Assembly (NCBI GenBank): GCA_016873165.1
Contig: VGXV01000054.1
Span: 1 to 21,078, forward strand
Reading direction: 5' to 3'
DNA: 21,078 bases
Origin: Planctomycetota bacterium
GTDB lineage: Bacteria; Planctomycetota; Brocadiia; Brocadiales; Brocadiaceae
Shown in pieces: positions 14,064-20,868 of this stretch; position 1 is the first letter of the stretch; each line of letters starts with the position of its first letter. The notes beneath the pieces were generated by a model. It ran no database searches. It was not told the origin of the DNA and saw only the letters and a list, made by a program, of their open reading frames with translations. Made by a program: the position numbers and the translations under genes.

Positions 14064-14290
14064 TGGAATACCCGATTAATAAAGCACTGAAAGCGCGAGG
14101 GGGATATTCTCTTCACGAAACTCCCGTCCCCAGCGATACTTTCAAACCATCGGTTCCGCAAGGGAAGCAGGCATGGGATTCATTCCGGCGCAGGGTATGG
14201 TCGGGGAAAATATTTAAACAAAGTTGTGGATGTTGCTTACAGCGCGATATTTTACAAGGACAGAACAATAAACAATTCTGTTGGAGATGC
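14064..14290 (+). pseudogene. Degenerate duplicate of the 3' end of the FadL-family gene
   Basis: It aligns by eye with 11653-11878 at roughly 90% identity (about 20 mismatches). One extra base near 14160 breaks the frame. Compare INKALKARGGYSLHETPVPSDTFKPSVPQG with INAALKARGGYSFHETPVPSDTFEPSVPQG. Similarity ends abruptly at GGAGATGC, 18 nt before the tusA-like stop. Confidence 0.8.
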
Positions 14291-14308
14291 GGTTTTCTTT
14301 GGAGCTTC

Positions 14309-14539
14309 TTATTTCACTTTTTTCACAAATACGTGAATTTCTCCTTCTTCCTCCTTTATCTCTAAAAGCTCATTTCCCGTACTGTTGCACCACGAGACAA
14401 TGTCCTTTTTTATCCCTTCATCCGTAGCTATTATCTCAAGTATTTTGCCGGGTTTTATTTCGTTCATCTTGCCGGCAGTTTTAAAAATAGGCATTGGGCA
14501 CATAAGCCCGTAACAATCCAACGTTTCATCTGCTTTCAT
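14309..14539 (-). CDS. tusA: TusA/SirA-family sulfur carrier protein
   Basis: The CPxP motif sits in LDCYGLMCPMPIFKT, and the length is typical of the family. ATG 14539 gives 76 aa (MKADETLDC...). The ORF track starts at an upstream TTG, 14566. Confidence 0.85.
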   Translation of the reverse strand: MKADETLDCYGLMCPMPIFKTAGKMNEIKPGKILEIIATDEGIKKDIVSWCNSTGNELLEIKEEEGEIHVFVKKVK

Positions 14540-14585
14540 TGGTTTTGACCCTATCTTTACCTTCAATTAAAGTTCATCATTACAG

Positions 14586-15026
14586 TTAAGGATGAAAATC
14601 CGGTTCGTGATGATGATCATCATGCGAATGTGTTTTCTTTTTCTCAAGACCTTTTCCCGTTGTCTTCTTTAAATAATCGTCAATTGCACCCTCAATTGCT
14701 TCTTCCGCCAATACGGAGCAATGCATCTTCGCGGGCGGCAAACCGCCTAATGCCTCCGCAACCGCCTTGTTGGTAAGCTGTAATGCTTCATCAAGAGTTT
14801 TTCCTATAATCATTTCCGTAGAAATACTGCTTGTGGCAATCGCCGCGCCACAGCCAAATGTCTTGAATTTTGCATCTACAATGACATTATCTTTTACTTT
14901 AATCGACATTTTCATAATATCGCCGCATGCCGGATTTCCCACCTCTGCAACACCATCTGCCTCAGTAATTTCTCCCACATTACGCGGATTTGCAAAATGA
15001 TCCATTACCTTTGCGCTATACTGCAT
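14586..15026 (-). CDS. iscU: Fe-S cluster scaffold IscU/NifU N-terminal-type, with a His-rich C-terminal tail
   Basis: Motifs: NPACGD, FKTFGCGAAIA and LPPAKMHCSVLAEEA (all three Cys ligands, plus Asp and His). The tail is KKKTHSHDDHHHEPDFHP. Confidence 0.95.
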   Translation of the reverse strand: MQYSAKVMDHFANPRNVGEITEADGVAEVGNPACGDIMKMSIKVKDNVIVDAKFKTFGCGAAIATSSISTEMIIGKTLDEALQLTNKAVAEALGGLPPAKMHCSVLAEEAIEGAIDDYLKKTTGKGLEKKKTHSHDDHHHEPDFHP

Positions 15027-15041
15027 AGAAAACTCCTTATT

Positions 15042-15596
15042 TCAAAATATATCTTTTAATTCTATTTTTAACCCTTTTAAAGAAGGCGACTCAAGGGTAT
15101 CGGTTTTAGAATACGTAGCATGAAGCGGATAAATACACTCCTTCAGGATATGAACTTCTATTTCTTTCTCTTCCGGAATCACTATCCAGTATTCCCTTAC
15201 GCCGAATCTTGCATAAAGCCTCTTCTTCTGCACCATATCCCGGTAAACACTGTATTCTGAGAGAATTTCTATCACAATATCCGGCGCACCCTGTATATTT
15301 TTTTGACCGATAATGTTCAGTCTGTTTTTTGAGATAAAAAAGATATCCGGATGGACTACATTTTCTTCGTCAAAATATACATCGCACGGAGCATAAAGTG
15401 TTTTTCCAAGGTCATTTCTTAAAACAAAATCTTTTAACCGGCTATAAAGTTCCGACGAGACTAATTGCTGTTTAGGGACAGGGGATGGAGTCATGAGCAG
15501 TTCTCCGTTAATGAGTTCATACCACTTGTCATCTGGAATTTTTAAATAATCTTCGTATGTATACTTTTTCTTTTCTACGATAAGAGTCGATGTCAT
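15042..15596 (-). CDS. Uma2-family (DUF820) putative endonuclease
   Basis: 184 aa. Matching segments: YELINGELLMTPSP, VVHPDIFFIS, GAPDIVIEILSEYSVYRDMVQKKRLYARFGVREYWIV. These fit the Uma2 pattern ELI-GE...PD...GAPDLVVEILSPS...D...K...YA..GV.EYWIVDP. Confidence 0.85.
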   Translation of the reverse strand: MTSTLIVEKKKYTYEDYLKIPDDKWYELINGELLMTPSPVPKQQLVSSELYSRLKDFVLRNDLGKTLYAPCDVYFDEENVVHPDIFFISKNRLNIIGQKNIQGAPDIVIEILSEYSVYRDMVQKKRLYARFGVREYWIVIPEEKEIEVHILKECIYPLHATYSKTDTLESPSLKGLKIELKDIF

Positions 15597-15607
15597 ACCG
15601 CACCTCG

Positions 15608-16780
15608 TTAAAAATTATTTTTCCGATTATATAAAGGCGACATTTGTCGGAGGCGTTCGACAATGGGCGGCAATTTTTCCAGGACGTATTTCACGTCGTT
15701 CTCGGAATTATCAATCCCCATACTGAAAAGCACGGTTCCCTGAGCAATCGCCGCATCAACACCTGTGGCCATTATAACATGTGATGCCTTCAACGAACGT
15801 GAGGTGCATGCAGACCCGCTTGATATTGCAATCCCCTGCATATCCAAAAACAACAGCACAGACTCGCCTTCAATAAATTCGATACAGATGCTCAGATGTC
15901 CCGGAAGCTTGTTTGCCGGATGCCCATTTACATATATATTGCTTATTTTCTTCAACAGTCCTTCGCACAACATATCTCTTAGTTTCCGTACATGTTCCAG
16001 CCGTTGCGGCATTTCAGTTTTTGCCAATTCGGCAGCCTTTCCCATGCCCACAATTCCAATAACATTCTCGGTTCCGGCCCTTCTTCCTCCCTCCTGAACC
16101 CCGCCTTCTATAAAAGGCATAATCCTTATCCCCTCTCTCACATAAAGAGCCCCGATTCCTGTCGGGCCGTAGAACTGGTTCGCAGACATGCTTAACACGT
16201 CAACAGGCATCGTTGAAACATCTATTGGAACATTCCCCGCCGCAGCTACGGCATCCGTATGAAAAATAATATCCTTTGCCTTAACAATTTCCGAAATTTC
16301 TCTGATAGGTTCAATAGTTCCGATTTCATTGTTGGCAAACATTATTGATGCCAATATCGTTGTCGGTTTAATTGCGCTTCTTACGTCATCAGGGTGCACC
16401 AATCCGTATTTATCAACGGGCAAATAAGTTATTTCGTATCCTGATTTCTCTAGTGATTTCAAAGGATTGAGAATGGAAAAATGTTCTATCTCTGAGGTAA
16501 TGATATGGTTGCCCTTCTTTTTATTCGCGGCAGAGATTCCTTTTATCGCAAAATTGTTAGCCTCCGTGCCGCTTGCTGTAAAAATAATTTCATTCGCTTT
16601 TGCATTGATAAGGCTTGCCACATTCTCCCGCGCAATTCTTATCGCATCATTTGTAATTTTTCCAAATTGATGCAGGTTTGAAGGATTGCCAAACCCTTCT
16701 TTTAAAAATGGAATAATTGCCTCTCTCACGTGCGGATGCATTGGGGTGCCTGCCGCATTATCCATATAAAGTTTTTCCAT
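15608..16780 (-). CDS. nifS: NifS/IscS-like class V aminotransferase-fold protein (cysteine desulfurase homolog lacking the PLP lysine)
   Basis: 390 aa. Motifs: YMDNAAGTP, FTASGTEANN, SEIEHFS, FHTDAV, GGRRAGTENV and the active-site loop SSGSACTS. The usual S-x-H-K-x-x-GP-x-G motif reads SANQFYGPTG (see findings). Confidence 0.9.
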   Translation of the reverse strand: MEKLYMDNAAGTPMHPHVREAIIPFLKEGFGNPSNLHQFGKITNDAIRIARENVASLINAKANEIIFTASGTEANNFAIKGISAANKKKGNHIITSEIEHFSILNPLKSLEKSGYEITYLPVDKYGLVHPDDVRSAIKPTTILASIMFANNEIGTIEPIREISEIVKAKDIIFHTDAVAAAGNVPIDVSTMPVDVLSMSANQFYGPTGIGALYVREGIRIMPFIEGGVQEGGRRAGTENVIGIVGMGKAAELAKTEMPQRLEHVRKLRDMLCEGLLKKISNIYVNGHPANKLPGHLSICIEFIEGESVLLFLDMQGIAISSGSACTSRSLKASHVIMATGVDAAIAQGTVLFSMGIDNSENDVKYVLEKLPPIVERLRQMSPLYNRKNNF

Positions 16781-16801
16781 TATGCCTTCTTTCTTTTGCT
16801 C

Positions 16802-19009
16802 CTAGGTTACCTTTTCCAATTTTGCATACGCCAGCATGAGATTCCTGGTTCCGCCAATGTTAAAATTGACCTTTACGCCGGCCTTCTCATTGCATCCATA
16901 TGATTCCAAAACCCTTCCGATGCCAAAAACAGGGTGCCTTACCACTTCACCGCTCGAAAAATTCTGAGGTTTTTCTTGGGGAAAAGCGTTTCTTTCCAAA
17001 TATTCATTATACTCTTCTCTTAAATCTCCTTCAAAACCTGTTTCATTTTTCCATGAATTATTTTTATCATAAAATTCATATGAATCTTTGTTTTCCGTTT
17101 TATCCCGCCAATCCAAACACCCTGCATGTATTTCATTTAAAAAGCGGGATGGAACACACGGTATAAGCTGTCCATACCTCATCCTCCTTTTCGTGTGGGT
17201 AAGAAAAAGCTCTTTCATTGCCCGGGTTATTCCCACATAGCACAACCGTCTTTCTTCTTCAATTTCTTCATCAGAAATCCTGGATTCCGAATGCGGCAAT
17301 AAACCTTCCTCCATGCCTGAAATGAAAACAACGGGAAATTCCAATCCTTTCGCAGTATGCAATGTCATAAGCGTCACGGCTTCCGCCTTGTCATCAACCG
17401 TATCCAGATCGGAAATTAACGCCACTTCCTCTAAAAACCCCTGCAAAGAACCTTCAGGATGCTTGATATCATACTCATGCGCCGCATTAACTAATTCTTC
17501 AATATTAGCAATCCGGTCTTCACACTCTTTTTCTTCCGACTTTCTGAGAAACGCCACATACCCCGTTTTATCAATCACTCGTATAATGATTTTTTCCACA
17601 GAAGTTTGAGGATCGTGCCGTAAAAGCATAATAAGTTCATAAAATTTTTTTATTGCCGCAACAGTCTTGCCGGTAATGCCCGGTACCATCTCTACCGCGC
17701 TAATAGCATTGAGGAGGCTTATGTTCTGAACAGCAGCCCATTCCTTTAGTCTTGTTATACTGGTGTTTCCAATGCCCCGCGCCGGCGTATTAATAGTGCG
17801 TTCTAATGCCACCTCATCGGACGGGTTTACGCATAATCTGAGATACGCCAGTATATCTTTTATTTCTTTTCGCCGGTAAAATTCAACTCCGCCAACAATT
17901 ACATACGGAATCCCGGAATTTCTAAGGGCAATTTCCAGCACGCGGGATTGCGCATTGGTGCGGTAAAACACCGCCACATCCGTATATTTCATTCCCTTTC
18001 CATGCATTCTCCTGATAACTTCCGCAATTTCTTCCGCTTCAGCGTGCTCACTCTCGCAATGTATTACTTTTACTTTTTCACCATGATCATTTTCCGTCCA
18101 GATTTCTTTCTGTTTTCGGTATTTGTTTTTTTGAATAACGCTTGAAGCCGCCAGCAGGATATTCTTTGTTGAACGGTAATTTTGCTCCAGCAACACTACT
18201 TTTGCATCAGGATAATCTTTTTCAAAATCCATTATGTTCCTTAAATCAGCGCCACGCCACCCGTAAATCGACTGGTCAGGGTCACCGGTGACACAAATAT
18301 TTCTGTATTTCTGCGCAAGCAAACGCGAAATAGCGTACTGCACATAATTTGTATCCTGATATTCATCGATAAGAATATATTTAAATTTTTCCTGATACGA
18401 CGTCAAAATATCCGGACATGTCCTGAAAAGTTCTACCGTCTTTATGAGAAGATCATCAAAATCCAGGGCATTATCTGTTTTCAGAAGACCTTCGTACTTC
18501 TTATAAATTTTTGCCACCATTTGGTTATAAACACCGGAAGCAGTTGCCGCGAATCGTTCGGCATCAATAAGTTTATTTTTCGCATTACTTATGGAACTTA
18601 TAATGCTCCGCGGTTTCCATTGGGCGGTATCGATCTGTAAATCGCCCATAATGGATTTTATCCTGCTTAATTGATCCACCGTATCATAAATGCTGAAATC
18701 CTTTGAATATCCAAGCCTTTCTATATCTTTTCGTAATATCCTGGAGCACATCTTGTGGAATGTGGAAACCCACATTCCTTTATGAGAAGAAAACAATTTT
18801 ACTCTCTCGCTCATTTCGTTTGCAGCTTTGTTTGTGAAGGTTATTGCCAGTATATTATACGGAGATACGCCTTCAGACATTAAATAGCCGATACGTCGTG
18901 TAATTACGCGGGTTTTCCCGCTGCCTGCGCCCGCAACTATTAAAAGAGGCCCGTTGACATGGGTAATCGCTTCACGCTGCTTTTCGGTAATATTTTCCAA
19001 TAGTGTCAT
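16802..19009 (-). CDS. pcrA: ATP-dependent DNA helicase, UvrD/PcrA/Rep family
   Basis: 735 aa. Motifs: AGAGSGKT, FTNKAANEM, DEYQDTN, QNYRST, TLHTAKGLEFPVVF, YVGITRA. It has the C-terminal Tudor-like GEVVRHPVFGIGRVL. Confidence 0.95.
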   Translation of the reverse strand: MTLLENITEKQREAITHVNGPLLIVAGAGSGKTRVITRRIGYLMSEGVSPYNILAITFTNKAANEMSERVKLFSSHKGMWVSTFHKMCSRILRKDIERLGYSKDFSIYDTVDQLSRIKSIMGDLQIDTAQWKPRSIISSISNAKNKLIDAERFAATASGVYNQMVAKIYKKYEGLLKTDNALDFDDLLIKTVELFRTCPDILTSYQEKFKYILIDEYQDTNYVQYAISRLLAQKYRNICVTGDPDQSIYGWRGADLRNIMDFEKDYPDAKVVLLEQNYRSTKNILLAASSVIQKNKYRKQKEIWTENDHGEKVKVIHCESEHAEAEEIAEVIRRMHGKGMKYTDVAVFYRTNAQSRVLEIALRNSGIPYVIVGGVEFYRRKEIKDILAYLRLCVNPSDEVALERTINTPARGIGNTSITRLKEWAAVQNISLLNAISAVEMVPGITGKTVAAIKKFYELIMLLRHDPQTSVEKIIIRVIDKTGYVAFLRKSEEKECEDRIANIEELVNAAHEYDIKHPEGSLQGFLEEVALISDLDTVDDKAEAVTLMTLHTAKGLEFPVVFISGMEEGLLPHSESRISDEEIEEERRLCYVGITRAMKELFLTHTKRRMRYGQLIPCVPSRFLNEIHAGCLDWRDKTENKDSYEFYDKNNSWKNETGFEGDLREEYNEYLERNAFPQEKPQNFSSGEVVRHPVFGIGRVLESYGCNEKAGVKVNFNIGGTRNLMLAYAKLEKVT

Positions 19010-19672
19010 TTACTTTTCCGCAATTAAACTTGCTATCGCCTTCCTGTTATCCACAACACATTCCCGATACATAATAATCTTAAAATCCCTGAAAAAATTC
19101 AACAACTCATTCATTTCCAAAAGATATTCCTTGTTTTTCGGCCCATCGAAGCCATGTTCGATATTTTCAAGGGTAAAGGTCTCATAAACAATCATCCCCC
19201 CCTTTTTCAACGCCTCTTTCATTTGCGGGATAAGATCTCTCTGCAAATAGTAAAAACATGTTATTACCTCGTAGGAATTTTTAGGCAATTCATATTCTTC
19301 CAAATCTGCAACAAAGGCATTTATCTGCACATTGTTTTGTGCTGCCAGATTTTTCGCCTTTTCAATTGCTATTTCAGAAACATCGCAGCAATCAACCACA
19401 AACCCGCTCTTCGCCAAAAAAACTGCATTTCTGCCTTCACCCGTGGCAATATCCAATGCCTTCCCTTTGGGCAAAAGTTCAATATGTTCCCGCAAAAAAG
19501 CTACCGGTTCTTTGCCAAAAATATATTCCTCCGTCTTATATCTCGTATCCCAAAATAATTTATCCTGTTCGCTTGCAAATAATACAGAAGCACAAAATCT
19601 CACGTTTATAATGGAAAAAAAAATAAAATAGTAAAATATTATTTTCTTAAACATTATCATCGTCAAAATCAT
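19010..19672 (-). CDS. Class I SAM-dependent methyltransferase (TehB-like) with a hydrophobic N-terminal segment
   Basis: The SAM-binding motif I is LDIATGEGRNAVFLAKSG, with an acidic loop CCDVS. The N-terminus is MFKKIIFYYFIFFSIINVRFCASVLFA. Its TAA stop (19012-19010) directly abuts the pcrA ATG (19009-19007). Confidence 0.8.
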   Translation of the reverse strand: MILTMIMFKKIIFYYFIFFSIINVRFCASVLFASEQDKLFWDTRYKTEEYIFGKEPVAFLREHIELLPKGKALDIATGEGRNAVFLAKSGFVVDCCDVSEIAIEKAKNLAAQNNVQINAFVADLEEYELPKNSYEVITCFYYLQRDLIPQMKEALKKGGMIVYETFTLENIEHGFDGPKNKEYLLEMNELLNFFRDFKIIMYRECVVDNRKAIASLIAEK

Positions 19673-20055
19673 CTGTTTTTTAACAATAACTCCATTTGAA
19701 TATCATTTGCGCATATATTTTACCGCTCAGTGTGTTTCAAAGGTAAAACTATCGTTGCGAAGGGGGTGCGTTTTCATTTCTTCAAACACCCGCCTGCCCG
19801 CACAGAAAGCTGCATGTTCAGAGAAAAAGGGAGAATGTCCCACAGTTACTAAATCGGTATTAATAAAGATGAGACAGTCTGCCTCATTATTTTCAAATTA
19901 TACATGGCATCCCCAAAAATTTCCTTACAAAACTTGCACAAGAAAAGTGTTTTTTTGATCTGTACAAATCTGCTCAGCGGCGTCCCAAAACCCGACAACC
20001 TCCATAAACTTAACAACCTCGATAAACCCAAATCAAGGCGGCTCCATGTCTTTCT

Positions 20056-20083
20056 GAGGCATTTCTTGACAAATAGATTATAC
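20056..20083 (+). promoter_or_regulatory. Candidate sigma70-type promoter for the coiled-coil gene
   Basis: TTGACA (20056-20061), a 16-nt spacer, then TAGGAT (20078-20083). It lies about 50 nt upstream of ATG 20137. The -10 element matches 4 of 6 positions. Confidence 0.3.
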
Positions 20084-20136
20084 TTGTTAGGATAACCTGA
20101 AATATTAATGGACTTTTATAGAACGAAACAGAAACC

Positions 20137-20442
20137 ATGGTAAAAGAGTACCTCACATCGGCTATAAAGAAGGTAACACTTGAATTAATATACCAGGTAG
20201 TCGCTGAACGCACAGAAGATATAATAGCCAAAATTGGCGACGTAAAAAAGAGGCAAGAAGACGACTTCAGGCATCTCATTCAAAAGATTGATACGGACGT
20301 TGGACAGTTAAGAAGTGAAATAGGGCAGTTAAGAAGTGAAATGAAGGGCGAGATAGGTCAATTAAGGAGCGAGATAAGCCAGCTAAACCAGAGGATTGAC
20401 ACGGTAATCCAAATGCTAATGAATATAAGCCAAAAGCAATAG
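20137..20442 (+). CDS. Hypothetical coiled-coil protein with heptad GQLRSEI repeats
   Basis: 101-aa ORF followed by a clean terminator. The central segment is VGQLRSEIGQLRSEMKGEIGQLRSEISQLNQRI. The Shine-Dalgarno sequence is weak and I recognise no family. Confidence 0.6.
   Translation: MVKEYLTSAIKKVTLELIYQVVAERTEDIIAKIGDVKKRQEDDFRHLIQKIDTDVGQLRSEIGQLRSEMKGEIGQLRSEISQLNQRIDTVIQMLMNISQKQ
20302..20397 (+). repeat. 21-bp (7-codon) tandem repeats inside the coiled-coil gene
   Basis: Units: ggacagttaagaagtgaaata (20302-20322), gggcagttaagaagtgaaatg (20323-20343), a 12-nt spacer, ggtcaattaaggagcgagata (20356-20376), agccagctaaaccagaggatt (20377-20397). The units diverge progressively. Confidence 0.8.
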
Positions 20443-20482
20443 CACAAAAGGGGTTAGCTCTTTTGTGATTTTAAAATTTTTT
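20443..20482 (+). terminator. Rho-independent terminator
   Basis: 8-bp perfect stem cacaaaag (20443-20450) / cttttgtg (20460-20467) with a 9-nt loop, followed by attttaaaatttttt. It starts 1 nt after the stop at 20442. Confidence 0.7.
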
Positions 20483-20594
20483 CCCATATTTCAAAAAAGT
20501 CGTACACCTTTTAGTGCATTTTTCCCGCTCTTAAAAATAATCTTGGACTTTGGGTTAAATAACAGAACTAAAGAAGACCTATTCCCATCGTTTT

Positions 20595-20868
20595 TCAGTT
20601 ACAGGGTACAACCGATTTTGAGGAAGATACAGTCTTTTCATAAAATGTGACACCTACGCGACGGATATGACTGATAACATCGGGATCGTTGATATTTTTA
20701 AAAAGTGATACATCAATCGTATAGGGCAAAAGCAAGTCTCAAGCTCGTCCATTATTTTATACAGCGTCTTCAGCGTTAATTCATCCCCACCCATCAGGGT
20801 TAGGTCGATATCCGAGCCGTTTTTAAAATTCCCTTTGGCACGTGAACCGTACAACACGGCTTTTTCTA
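20595..20868 (-). pseudogene. MNT-type nucleotidyltransferase (DNA polymerase beta superfamily), 5'-truncated by an IS and frameshifted
   Basis: The listed frame gives (LEKA)VLYGSRAKGNFKNGSDIDLTLMGGDELTLKTLYKIMDELE and then nonsense. A shift of one base near 20735-20745 restores LLLPYTIDVSLFKNINDPDVISHIRRVGVTFYEK, the typical family C-terminus. The expected N-terminal 20-30 residues are missing because the IS end begins at 20869. Confidence 0.8.

Noticed and set aside
14030-14365. 111-aa plus-strand ORF
   Set aside because: It is a chimeric read-through of the decayed FadL 3' fragment. It is in frame only for the first 30 or so residues, then shifted by the extra base, and it runs into the antisense of the tusA-like gene.
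19707-20279. ORFs of 60-89 aa in the 19.7-20.3 kb region on both strands
   Set aside because: They have no RBS, no recognisable motifs and mutually overlapping frames. The 89-aa minus ORF is antisense to the coiled-coil gene.
20302-20397. Possible CRISPR-like or minisatellite array
   Set aside because: The repeats are contiguous 21-bp units in frame within an ORF, with no spacers. They are coding heptads, not a CRISPR array. No CRISPR repeats were seen elsewhere.
20465-20650. 61-aa plus-strand ORF, and a possible HEPN gene on the minus strand
   Set aside because: The plus ORF starts inside the terminator stem and overlaps the nucleotidyltransferase tail. Minus-strand frames here contain stops and no HEPN R-x4-6-H motif.
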